A stretch of DNA of 32,433 nucleotides, from assembly GCF_004010195.1 (NCBI RefSeq), contig NC_057754.1, positions 3,940,746 through 3,973,178 on the forward strand, read 5' to 3'. The position numbers and the translations under genes were made by a program. This stretch comes from Chiloscyllium plagiosum. Its lineage: Eukaryota. Positions 1 through 12,263 of this stretch are shown here, one piece after another. Position 1 is the first letter of the stretch, and every line of letters starts with the position of its first letter. Under the pieces are notes generated by a model that was given only the letters and a program-made list of their open reading frames with translations, had not been told where the DNA came from and did not search any database.

Positions 1-734
1 TCTCTCCTGATCAGCCCCCTGACACCCTCCTTCTTGATCATGCCCCCACCCCCCCCCCCCCGGTTGCAGGTCGCAATGATTCCTTCATTCCTGTTTCCTG
101 GAAGGTCCATTTGCCCCGATGGCATATCTCTCCGTATGGTTAATACTGATTAAGTATGTGTTGTGATTTCCTGCTCATATATGGTCTTGCAGCCAAGTGC
201 TACCTTGTTTGCCTTGGTTTTTTAGTGCCTTTGCCCAATATTGCTCAGTAGTTTTGAGGCATCTTCTGTAGCTTGTGAACTCTGGTGTCTGTGGCAGCGT
301 GTGGAGATGTATTTGGTTTTGGAATTTCTTATTTTAAGGTTTCTACAGAGGCAATCCTTTCACCTCTCCTTTAGCACAGTCTCGGTGCCTCCTGTGTTTG
401 ACGTTTGAGTTCATTTATAAAGATCTCAGACAATCCCACATTCTGAGTTGGGAGACCCTGATCCTAGTTTTAGTGGGTGTAGCTGGTGACCACATCTGGC
501 AGTGTGCACCCAGTGTAACACATCATGTTGAATTACTAACAAAAGCAAGCCATTCAGTCCAACCATCCTGTGCTCACGTTCACCTATCTCGACGTCCGTC
601 TCATCAGTTATTCGCCTTCCCGGTGTGGGCAAAACACATAATACAGCCATAGTGCCTGGATTATCTCTATCAGAGGGTCAACACTGCAGGAGCACTGCGT
701 GTGGTCAGTGGCGAAGAAACCCTGCTTTATCAGA

Positions 735-1020
735 CTTGCCATCTTTCAGATGAGATTTAAACCCTGTCCCCATCAGTCACTGCTCAAAGAGGCGCTGTGC
801 AGTTCGGACAGGTGTCCTAGGACCAATATATATCCTTCAGTTAGTGTTACTGGAATCATTTCATTTGTTGTTGTTGGTGGGCTCTTGCTGAGTGGTAATT
901 GGTTGCTATAACTTCTGCATCACAGAGACTACCCTTCCAAAGTACCTAATTGGTTGTCAGGGGTTTTGGGAAGATCTGAGACTGTGGAAGTTGCAATACA
1001 AATGCAGGAATTTCTTTCTG
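735..1020 (+). mobile_element. Diverged Deu-domain SINE (SacSINE1/AmnSINE1-like), body and 3' tail
   Basis: gccatctttcagatgagatttaaacc...ccaatatatatccttca...aaagtacctaattggttgt...aatacaaatgca; reverse-complement similarity to 25590..25970. Confidence 0.55.
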
Positions 1021-1133
1021 TCATCTGTATTGTTATTCAGTCTTGGGTTGGGTGCATCTCTCTTTTACCCCTACCCATTCTTCCCGCCCCGTTCACATGG
1101 GTGCCTCCCATTTGTACTTTGTAGTTTTTTTCG

Positions 1134-1431
1134 AAAAGAATGTTGCCAGGATTGGAGGGTTTGAGCTATAGGGAGAGGCTGAACAGGCAGAGACTGTTTT
1201 CCCTGGAGTGTCAGAGGCTGAGGGGTACCCTTATAGAGGTTTATAAAATCATGAGGGGCATAGATAGGATAAATAGGCAAAGTCTTTTCCCTGGGGTGGG
1301 AGAGTCCTGAACTAGAGGGCATAGGTTTAGGGTGAGAGGGGAAAGATATAAAAGAGACCTAAGGGGCAACTTTTTCACACAGAGGGTGGTGCATCTCTGG
1401 AATGAGCTGCCAGAGGAAGTGGTGGAGGCTG
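1134..1431 (+). mobile_element. CR1/HER1 LINE ORF2 3' fragment
   Basis: Encodes LSYRERL...MRGIDR...RGHRFRVRGERYKRDLRGNFFTQRVV..WNELPEEVVEA; similar to other copies in the window. Confidence 0.88.
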
Positions 1432-1533
1432 TATGCTCGCACAGTTGACTCTCCTGCTCCTTGGATGCTGCCTGACCGGCTGTGCTTTTCCAGCACCACA
1501 CCTTCTGACTGATGTCCAGTCCTCACTTTCACC
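1432..1533. mobile_element. Penelope-like element terminal fragment
   Basis: ctcctgctccttggatgctgcctgaccggctgtgcttttccagcaccaca is shared with the copies at 4567, 25263 and (reverse) 32209. Confidence 0.6.
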
Positions 1534-1659
1534 GATGCTAGGATTGTCGCCTTGCATGTGTCGGGTGGTAATTGAGAAACGTGACTTCTGATACCTGACC
1601 CATCCTCCATCCCCTCCCTCAGTCTGCAGCTGAAACTCTCACCCGCATCTTGTTTTCAA

Positions 1660-2397
<738 letters not shown>

Positions 2398-3398
2398 TGA
2401 GTGGGGAGCTGCGGAGAGGGTGGGGGGAAATCCCTGCCTTTGAGGTGACACCCCTCCTGCTAATTACCTCCTTCCCAACTCAGTTGGGGGTCAAAGTGCA
2501 CGCAGGTCTCCTTTTATTGAGCGGATTGGCCATTCGGGGAAAAGCGGAGGAAATGAGCTCGCAGCAACAGCAGGTGCCCGGAGATCGGGTGTAAATGCCT
2601 GGGCCTCCCGTCTGTGCCCACAGCCCTTAGGCTGATTACCCGTGTCCGGGCTGGGCGATCGTACCCATCAGGGAGCCAATTGCAATCTCTGTCGCCCGCC
2701 TCCTCCTCCTCCAACCCCCCTCAACTTTTAAATCGGGGCGGGCAATCAATGTGAGCCAACGTCCCACGAGTGAGTTGTTAGAAGAGGATCTAACGGAGGC
2801 AATAACCCTTATACTGATTGTATCAGGAGCCCAAAAATACACATCGTGCCTTTGGTTTCTCTGAGCCAGTCTTCAATTAACCCCACTTTTCCCCCAACCC
2901 TTCCCGGATTGACCTGCCACATATTTCACCTTAGAGTGTTCATCCCCTTCTCTTTTCAAAAACAGACATTGAGTCTGCTTTCATGGCCCGTTCGAGTAGC
3001 ATCTTCCTGATCAGCGAAGCAAGGTGCTTGTCTTTATCACGGTCTTGATGTGCCGAAGGGCTTTTCTCTATGCTCTAATCTAGGGGGGAAAAAAAAACAA
3101 GTGTCCCCCCACCACCTCCTGTTTTGCCAATTATCTTTAATTGGTGTCCCTCTGGGTAGCATCCCTCCTGGCACTGCGAGCGGTTTCTCCCGAGTCTAAC
3201 CCTGTCGAAACCCCCTTGTGACTTTGTGGTCCTCTGTCCAAGCTTCTCTGCTCTGGAGAACAGTTCCATTTTCTCCTGTCTCTCCGTGTGGAACGGAGTC
3301 CGCGGGGTGGATTTGAGGCACACTGGGGTCTTCGGGTCTCAACGTTGGGTCGCGTTGGTTCTCAAACGCTCCTCCTGTTCCACCCCCCCCTCCTGTAA

Positions 3399-3653
<255 letters not shown>

Positions 3654-3768
3654 TGAAGGGGAAACGGAACTGTTTATGTTCGGCAAGTATCTTCTGCACT
3701 GCCATTCTGCCAACTCCTGCAGCACTACCAACCCCTGAATGTGGATGTTGTTTTCTTCTGTCTTGTAG

Positions 3769-3808
3769 GACTTGTTGCCTCACCTGGAAGACAGTGGAAC
3801 CGCTAAAG
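3769..3808 (+). CDS. PCNX3: PCNX3 exon 4 (DLLPHLEDSGTAK), phase 0/1
   Basis: ttttcttctgtcttgtag acceptor, AAG|gtaggt donor, 40 nt; resembles recalled mammalian ELLPRMEDSG. Confidence 0.9.
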
Positions 3809-4449
3809 GTAGGTGGCCTATCCTGCCGGCTCAGTGAGATGGCCGGGTGGTGGAGTGACTGGTCTAAGTGACAGAGTCCCAAATCCCAAGGCTCCAAATC
3901 CCGGTCGGCAGGATTTAAATAACACTTGGGATGCTTAGAAAATATCCCGTCCGGTTCAGAGCCATCCTTTTCCAGTCTGACCTCCAGATCCACCCCCCCA
4001 CGCATGGCCTGGGCCCTCTGACACGAGCCTGCTGCTCCATTTCAGGGGCAGTTAGGGATGGGTAGCACATACCAGTCCTGTACGTGACACCCGCACTTGC
4101 CAAAGAATTTTTTTTTTAAACAATCTGCCATTCTGCTTCCTTGTCTTGGCGGGGTGCATTTCACGAGTTGCCGGATTGTAGCCGATACTTTGCCCGCTGA
4201 AAGGACGTAATCGAGCCGCGAGTTGGGTTGTGTGGGCATGGGCCAACTCTTAGTTAATGCCCCGTCACCAGGTAGTGATCAGCAAAGTTCCCCCGAAACG
4301 GCGGGTGTTCGGCTGTTCCCGTGTATCGGTGCGTTGACGTGGATCGTGACGTTGACCTCCGGTTCTGGAAGTTGCTGGCATGCACGGACCTCAGAACCAA
4401 AAACAAAATTGAAGGGAATGCAGGTACAGAATTCTAACCTGTTCTCAGT

Positions 4450-4647
4450 GAGTCAAGATGAGAGCGGTGCTGGAAAATCACAGCAGGCCTGGCAGCATCC
4501 GAAGAGCAGGAAAATCGACGTTTCGGGCAGGAGCCCTTCATGATTCCTGATGTCGATTCCTGAAACCTGCCTGACCTGTAGTGCTTTTCCAGCACCACTC
4601 TAATCTTGACTCTGATCTCCAGCACCTGCAGCCCTCACTTTCGCCTC
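4450..4647. mobile_element. Fold-back (palindromic) Penelope-like terminal element
   Basis: Arms 4450..4495 and 4567..4612 are inverted repeats (about 39/46 matching by eye); hammerhead-like remnant between them. Confidence 0.65.
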
Positions 4648-4822
4648 TGTGGTACTGAGATGAGTTAGCTCCATGCAGACTGAGAGTTTGAAGTGGTGTG
4701 TTTTGTGGTGACTTTACTGCAAATTGTAGGGGCTCTTTAAGGTTTTGGGGGGAGACGCGGTTGCATTGTCTGAACAGAGCAGTTTTGGCTGTATTTGGAC
4801 TCTGTTTCTTGTGCGTCAACAG

Positions 4823-4918
4823 GGATCAGAGACCTGGTCCGTGAACAAGGCAATAAAAATGTAATTGTCACATCAGCTGACAGAGAGTTACTGAAACTGA
4901 ACATGCTAGATACAGCAG
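4823..4918 (+). CDS. PCNX3: PCNX3 exon 5 (IRDLVREQGNKNVIVTSADRELLKLNMLDTA), phase 1/1
   Basis: caacag acceptor, CAG|gtgagt donor, 96 nt; LVREQG..NVIVTSADRE motif. Confidence 0.92.
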
Positions 4919-5059
4919 GTGAGTCATTGGCGGGAGTCCTTTTCCTGCCTCTTTGCCACTGTCTAATGCTGGGTTAGTTGGCTTTTGTTGATAGACAGCA
5001 AATAAAAGCCCCACAAGGGCTAGGCAGTTACCATCTCCTGAGTATCTCTCCTTGATGTT

Positions 5060-5570
5060 TGACATTGCCATTGGTGAATCCCTCACTAGCAAGCTGAGGG
5101 TTAACATTGACCCAGAAACCAAACCAGACCAACTCCTGTCAATACTGTAGTTGCGAGAGCAGCTGGGAATTCTGTGGTGAGTAACTCATTTCCTGCCCGT
5201 CGTCTGCAAGGCACACACTGCAAATGCGATGGTGTGCTCCCCCACTTGCTTTGGTGGGATGAGTGCAGCTCCAGCTGGGCTCAGATAGCTCGATACCATC
5301 CAGGGTCAATGAGCCTGCTGCAGTGACTCCCAATTCACCATCTTCAATGTGTAACACTGCCTCCCAGAGTTTGCCCTCTGCACTGCGTGCTACCCCGACC
5401 TACAACCGTCTCAGCCGTTCCTTCACTGTCGCTGGGTCAAAGTTCTGGGAAATTTGGGGCCACAGTGGTTCGCAAAGTTTGCTCACCACCATCACCGTCT
5501 CAGGGGGTGGGCAATAAAAGGTGGCATTATCAGTGGCACTGTGGTCCTGTGACTCAGTAAGAAAAATAGT
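5060..5570 (+). mobile_element. Diverged CR1/L2-clade LINE 3' fragment
   Basis: tgaatccctcact...gggttaacattgacccagaaac...ctgggaattctgtggtgagtaactca; similar to 29960..30520. Confidence 0.55.
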
Positions 5571-5619
5571 TGTTAGCCATTAGGCAGCCTGACCAGCCTA
5601 GATTCTCCAATCACCTGCC

Positions 5620-6122
5620 GTATTTGGCATGCCCATAAAGACACTTACCAACCTTTACTGATGCACCATAGAAAGTGTTCTGTCCGGATACATCACGGCC
5701 TGGTACAGCAACTGGAGGGAGAAACTCCAGGGAGCTGTGAACACAGCCCAGTCCATCACACAAACCAGCCTCTGACTTCACCTACACTCCCCACTGCCTC
5801 AGGAAGGCAGCCAACATCATCAGAGACCCCTCCCACCCTCCTTCGTCAGGCAGGAGGGACAAAAGCTTAAACACACGGACCAACAGATTCAAGAACAGCT
5901 TCTTCCCCGCTGTTATCAGACTCCTGAATGGACCTTTCAAGTTTTAAATCTCACGTTGATCTCGCTGTCTGTGCACCTTCTCTGCAGCCGTAACACTGTA
6001 TACCTCCCTCTGTTCTATCACCCTGAGGCACTTTGTATGTTATAGTCTGCCTGTACTGCATGCAAAACAAAACTTTTCACTCTCCCTAGGTACATGGGAC
6101 AGTTATAAATCACATCAAATCG
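5620..6122 (+). mobile_element. Rex1/Babar-like LINE 3' end
   Basis: Translates to CTIESVLSGYITAWYSN...NRFKNSFFPAVIRLLN, a Rex1-type C-terminus, followed by 3' UTR and a short repeat tail. Confidence 0.75.
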
Positions 6123-6442
6123 AATTGCTACCCTCTCTCTATCTCTCTGTCTCTCCCACATTGAGTGTGAAATAAACCCAATTTGTTTATTCCCTATTCC
6201 AATCCACTTACTGGACAAATTCTTCCTCCCGTCTGCCTCATATCATTTTCAGCCTTTGCTGAATGTGATAAAGAGCATCAGTTTTCACTGTGTTGGTGCA
6301 GGCGATAAATATCAGCAGCAGAATGTCCTTAAGAACTTGCCTGCTCTTCCGTTCACGGCTGTTGGGATCTCCCACAACCAGCCGAGAGAGCAAACATTTC
6401 AACACCTCTCCTCTGCCAGTACATTTCCCTCTCGGTACCATC

Positions 6443-6816
6443 GAGTCATAGCGATTTACAGCACGGAAACAGACCCTTCGGTTCAACCCGTCCAGACATC
6501 CCAACCCAATCTCGTCCCACTTGCCAGCACCCGGCCCATATCCCTCCAAACCCTTCCTGTTCATATACCCATCCAAATGCCTTTTAAATGTTGCAATTGT
6601 ACCAGCCTCCATCACTTCCTCTGGCAGCGCATTCCATACACGTACCACCCTCTGTGTGAAAAGGTTGCCCCTTAGGTCTCTTTTAAGTCGTTTCCCTCTC
6701 ACCCTAAACCTATGCCCCTTTGGTTCTGGACTCCCCAACCCCAGGGAAAATACTTTGCCTATTTACCCTATCCATGCCCCTCATGATTTTGTAAACCTCT
6801 ACAAGGTCACCCCTCA
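6443..6816 (-). mobile_element. CR1/HER1 LINE 3' end
   Basis: ORF 6238..6738(-) KGHRFRVRGKRLKRDLRGNLFTQRVVRVWNALPEEVMEAGTIATFKRHLD. Confidence 0.9.
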
Positions 6817-6881
6817 CGCCTGAGAATTGGAGTTCAGTCCTCTCAGACACGCGGACTTGAACCCAGGGCTGTCTGACTTTG

Positions 6882-6903
6882 GAGAGAGAGAGAGAGAGAG
6901 AGA
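6882..6903. repeat. (GA)n microsatellite
   Basis: about 11 GA units. Confidence 0.9.
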
Positions 6904-7087
6904 AAGTGTTGCCTGTAAAGCCATGGCTCGTACCTAATTTATAGAGACCCAACTACTTTATCCCAATGTCACAGCGGGAAGGAGACAAAATAACTGATGA
7001 GGCAGATACTTCAGTCCTGTGTGTGCGATGTCAATGTAAGATCGTCTCCAGTAACTTCAATGGGGATTTCAGGAAATGTGGAACAAG

Positions 7088-7390
7088 GGGCGGTGATGGC
7101 CTACTGGTATTATCACTGGACTATTAATCCAGAGACTCGAGCAATGTTCTGGGGACCCGGGTATGAATCCCACCACGGCAGACGGTGGAATTCGAATTCA
7201 GTAAAACTCAGGAAATAAGAGTTTAATTGTCTATTGTCAGGAAAATCCTTTAGGGAAGGAAACTGCCGTCCCTTACCTGGTCTCTGACTACATGTGACTC
7301 CAGACCCAGAGCAATGTGGTTGGCTCTTAACTGGTCATTTAGGAATGCGCAGTTCATGCTGGCCTAGCCTACAACATACCGTGAAGTAAT
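7088..7390 (+). mobile_element. tRNA-derived SINE (second family)
   Basis: A-box-like tggcctactgg, B-box-like gggtatgaatccc, body taatccagagac...ccttacctggtc...gtgactccagaccc shared with 20213..20550. Confidence 0.65.
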
Positions 7391-7958
7391 AAAATAAAAA
7401 AAAAATATTGTTGATCTGTTTAAGGGGGAAACTGGATGGACAGGAGCAAGGATTAGAAGGATTGAGTGATGGTGGGGCGGATGATGAAATAGCATCACAG
7501 GATGAACGGGGCTCATTGCGTCTCAATGCTGGCTCTGTGTAGGAGTGACTCCGCCAGTCCCTGGCTTTTCCACACATCGCCTCACTATCCTGATAATTAT
7601 ACCAATCCCACCTGTGTGCAGTGCCTCACTTGAGCCTGCCCCCCCCCCACGCCCCCAAGCTCCTGGGCAGTTTGTCCCCGACCCTGCCCACTCACTCAGT
7701 CCGTGAAATCGAAAGGTTTCTCACTCTGCCGTCCTTCTGTTTTGCAAACTCAGCGCAGGATGGGGACGGTCTCTCTCTGCTCACTGTGTCCAGGCACCTC
7801 ATGATTTTGCAGTGCCTCTGTTAAATCCCCTCTCCACTCGTGCTCTCTGTTGGCCATGCCGACTGGTATGGATCGGTGGGGCCTCTGAGGTGTAGATATG
7901 GCGAGCGAGGGAGCTAGGTCGCTGCCTGACTCAGTGTTTTTATCTCTCGTCGTTTCAG

Positions 7959-9350
7959 ATTCACCGGCGCTGCATGCCACCAGTGAGGGCCCTCTGCCCC
8001 TAGAGACGACCCAGCAGCTGGACACACAGCCTTTGGTGAAGAAACTACCCTCGCTGCCCGTCCAGCAGGTGCTCCCCTCCAGCCGGGGCCTAGCAACGGC
8101 CACATCCACGCCGCCCTGCGTCACGGTGGTGCCCGATCTGCGGGTGCACCCCTTGCACCTCGGCCTGTTGGAGCAGCTGGGCGCCTGGCACCCCGGGGAG
8201 TCCGAGAGCCTGTGTAACGCCCTGCTGGGCCCCTTGCTGCGCGACCGCCCGGTGGGAGACCAGGCCGGGAAGGAGGAGGGGGTCAGCGGCAGCGGGCAGG
8301 AGGGAGCCCGGGAGCTGCCCCCGCCACCAGAGGAGGAGGAGGGCATGCTCCAGGCGATGGGCGCCAAGGCGGCCGGCTCCACCGACAGCTGCTTCAGCGG
8401 CACCGACCGGGAGACGCAGAGCACCGTCAGCAGCTACAGGAGCGAGAAGACCAGCTCCACCCGCCTGGAGAGCCCGTCGCTCACCCCGCAGCCGGACCCA
8501 GAACCCCCACCGGGGGTCAAGCCAGGCAGCGACACGGATAACCTCTCGGACAGCGAGGCTGTCGCCACCCCGGATGCCGGTCCCTCGGCTGAGGGGGCCC
8601 TGCGGTTCGCCTTCGCCGGCAGCGAGCGCCTCGCTGGGGCAGGGGACGACCCCTTGAGCTCCTGGCTGAGCGACAAGCTGAGCGCCCCCAAGGCCGTAGG
8701 CCTGGCCGAGCCTTCCCAGCATGCCCCGCTGCAGGCAGAGAGGGCAGTCCGCCCCAAGGAGCTGAGCCTGCTGGGCCGGGGGCCGGGCCGACGCTCCGGC
8801 AGGAGGAAGGGCACCAGGAGGCACGGTGGCAGCACCGGCAGCTTCGATTACCGGCGGGACTACGCACCGGTCAGGACGGCGCTGGGCGCCAAGGCCTACA
8901 GTCAGGGCTTCTTCGAGGACGAGGACTCGAGCGACCAGAGTGACCTGAGCCATGCCTCCAGCCTGCGCTCGCAGCCCAACTACAGCAGCTCCTCCAGCTC
9001 TTCCAGTGTCACCTCGCAGTCCTGCTCCTCCCCTGACGCCCAGAGGCCTCAGGGGACCAGGCGGCGCAACGCGGCCCGCTCCGACTCGGAGCCGGGTCCC
9101 GCTTCCACCATCGCCCTGGCACCTCCTCCCCCCTGCGAACCGCCTGCTAGCGCCAAGACCCACGCCCGGATGCTGAGCGTGGGCGGCACCGGGCAGCTGG
9201 AGCTCGGCCCGGGCAGCACCCGCACCCTGACCGCCTCCAAGTCTGACCTGGAGGCCCGGGACAGCGAGCCGCGCTGGCGGGAGCGGTTCTCCCGGAGGCT
9301 GGAGTCCATTGGCAGCGCCTGGAGCCAGTCGGAGGGGGCAGTCGGTGGAG
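7959..9350 (+). CDS. PCNX3: PCNX3 exon 6, large GC-rich exon encoding a Ser/Pro/Gly-rich, probably disordered region, phase 1/1
   Basis: Lies inside ORF 7898..9400; tttcag|AT acceptor, GAG|gtaggt donor, 1392 nt; motifs DSCFSGTDRET, FFEDEDSS, SAKTHARMLS, EGAVGG. Confidence 0.92.
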
Positions 9351-9906
9351 GTAGGTCACGGGGGGGGCGGGGGATTGTTGATTCCCTGGGTTTGCTGTGA
9401 GTGGGGTTGGGGGGGGTGGGGGGGGTGGAGACTGCAAGCACACACCTGTTTACGCTCCTGTCAGAGTGTGATCTCTCTCCGCAGCTCCTCTCGCCCACCA
9501 TGCACCCCACTTCACTCTCTCCCTCCCTCCCTCCACTTGCCCTCTTTATTTTCGCCTGTTCTGTCCGATTTCTGTGTAAGTGCCCAGCCCATCCCAGTTC
9601 CCTCCTGCTCTTGAAACTCCCATGAGGTTTTGCAAAGAGGCGTCTCTTTCTGTTCTTCCCGCTGTAAGTGATTGACAAGGCACATTGCCATTTCTCCGGC
9701 AGTTCCCATGGGGCGAGGGTGACTTGCCTGCACTTTGGGTGATGGAGGGGTGATCTGGATTGGCTGAATAGTCTGATGCCAGAGCTCAGGGCTGCTGGTG
9801 TTAGCTGAGGCAGATGGATTGGTGTGTCACTCTGGATACAGTGCTCACTTGATCTCTCTGGTGATGCTGAGAGTGATTGGCACCTTCACTGATGCTGCTC
9901 CTCCAT

Positions 9907-10510
9907 TATAGAAACCCTACAGTGGGGAAACACTTGGCCCATCGAGTCTGCACTGACCCTCTCAACAGTAACCCAACCAGACCCATTCCCCTTCCCTATT
10001 ATTTTATATTTACCCTTGACTAATGCACCTAACCTACACATCCCTGGACACTATGGGACAATTTAGCACGGCCAATCCACCCTAACCTGCACATCCCTGG
10101 GCACTATGGGACAATGTAGCATGACCAATCCACCCTAACCTGCACATCCCTGGGCACAATGGGACAATTTAGCACGGCCAGTCCACCCTAACCTGCACAT
10201 CCCTGGGCACTATGGGACAATTTAGCACGGCCAACCCACCCTAACCTGCACATCCCTAGGCACTATGGGACAATTTATCACGGCCAATCCACCTTAACCT
10301 CCACATCCCTGGGCACTATGGGACAATTTAGCACGGCCAACCCACCTTAACCTGCATATCTTTGGACTGTGGGTGGAAACTGGAGCACCTGGAGGAAACC
10401 CCGCAGACATGGGGGGGAACATGCAAACTCCACACAGTCACCTGAGGGTGGGATCGAACCTGGGTCCCTGGCGCTGTGAGGCAGCAGTGCTAACCACTGA
10501 GCCACCGTGC
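9907..10510 (-). mobile_element. HE1-type tRNA-derived SINE with internal tandem amplification
   Basis: Minus-strand head gcacggtggctcagtggttagcactgctgcctcacagcgccagggacccaggttcgatccc (A and B boxes); LINE-like tail near 9910. Confidence 0.85.
10026..10360. repeat. 53-bp tandem repeat, about 6 copies
   Basis: taacct recurs at 10030, 10083, 10136, 10189, 10242, 10295 and 10348. Confidence 0.95.
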
Positions 10511-11052
10511 TGACCTAAGTACGTGCTGAGGCACGCGATTCCCATGGGAATGTTGCTTTTTGTTCAGGGTATTCCTGGAGCATTTTCTCTGCCGTCCTAT
10601 TGACGATTACGGAGCAGGGAGTAGAGAGCACTTGCTTCAGGAGTCTTGTAGCAGGTACGCAGGCAATATTTGCCATCATTCCCAAATTATGGAATTGTTC
10701 CTGTCCTCCAGGCAGCAACAGAGTTTCCCAAAGCGGGGATGAGGTCGAGAGCGCTGGGGCAACCAATGTTACTGTAGAGCTCAGATTGTATCCGAAAGGG
10801 ATGAGGTTTGGGAAGCTGCGGCCTCCAATGTCTGTCAAGGATTGTGATGGTCTTCGTGTTGTCTCGGAGGGAACCCTGCCGGAAATCGCCCTCCGGTCTC
10901 GAAGCAGTACGCTGCTCTCTGCTTCCTATCGCTCAGCTGTCCTCTATTCGGTGCGGACTCTGTCCCTTTTGTACTCTGGGATTCAGTTTTGCTGATGAGC
11001 CTGTAGTTTCAAATTCCTCATACATTTGATGAAGAGAAAGTGTGGATAAATA

Positions 11053-11266
11053 TGGAGGGTCAGTGCTGAGGGAGCTCACCGCTGTCAGTGGATTGACACT
11101 GAGGGAGCTCACCGCTGTCGGTGGGTCGGCGCTGAGGGAGCTCCGCGCTGTCGGTGGGTCGGCGCTGAGGGAGCTCCGCGCTGTCGGAGGGTCGGTGCTG
11201 AGGGAGCTCCGCGCTGTCGGAGGGTCGGCGCTGAGGGAGCTCCGCGCTGTCGGTGGATCGACGCTG
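11053..11266. repeat. 33-bp GC-rich minisatellite, about 6.5 copies
   Basis: gagggagctc recurs at 11068, 11101, 11134, 11167, 11200 and 11233. Confidence 0.95.
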
Positions 11267-11387
11267 TCCACATCAAAAGATTGATGAACCATTGAACTTA
11301 CTTCGGTGTGAAGTTAAGCACAATCCTATCCGTCCTGTGAATGGAGCTTTGGGGGAGGAGGGGATTGTTGAATTGGTTTCAGTTTAA

Positions 11388-11684
<297 letters not shown>

Positions 11685-11792
11685 TAAGAATTGGCATAAT
11701 CCTGGGAACACCCCTCACTGGGAGTCCTTGACACACAGGGACAACATAGAGTTAGATACTGAGTATAACTACCGTATGGTAAGTAACAAGAG

Positions 11793-12124
11793 TAGATTAG
11801 ATTACTTTAGATTAGATTACTTTACAGTGTGGAAACAGGCCCTTCGGCCCAACAAGTCCACACCGACCCACCGAAGCATAACCCACCCAGACCCATTCTC
11901 CTACATTTACCCCTTCACCTAACACTACAGGCAATTTAGCATGGCCAATTCACCTAACCTGCGCATTTTTGGATTGTGGGAGGAAACCGGAGCACCTGGA
12001 GGAAACCCACGCAGACACAGGGAGAATGTGCAAACTCCACACAGAGTCGCCTGAGGCGGGAATTGAACCTGGGTCTCTGGCGCTGTGAGGCAGCAGTGCT
12101 AACCACTGAGCTACCGTGCCGCCC
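11793..12124 (-). mobile_element. HE1-type SINE, full length
   Basis: tRNA-like head at the right end, (tagat)n tail with tacagtgtggaaac at the left end. Confidence 0.88.
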
Positions 12125-12263
12125 ATATCTCCCTCGGCCTTAAAAATATTTACAGCTCCCTCTACTCTTTTAAAACTGAAAGCAAATCTCCCTTTACTCT
12201 CTCAAATGAAAATTAAAGATCCTGCCACACTATCGCCATTTAACACTCCCAGGACATGGATAA

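Noticed and set aside
8090..9163. 357-aa antisense ORF, plus other minus-strand ORFs across 7750..9678
   Set aside because: Shadow ORFs of the GC-rich exon 6; low-complexity Gly/Ala/Arg translation with no recognisable domain
7898..9400. 500-aa ORF as a stand-alone gene
   Set aside because: It is exon 6 plus read-through into flanking introns; splice sites at 7959 and 9350 fit the neighbouring exon phases
10990..11030. TGATGA motifs (also near 6995, 16716, 29895) as C/D snoRNA boxes or hammerheads
   Set aside because: No convincing terminal stem with box D, and no stem II plus GAAA, could be identified
10026..11266. Regularly spaced repeats as a CRISPR-like array
   Set aside because: The units are contiguous with no unique spacers, there are no cas genes, and the context is a vertebrate intron
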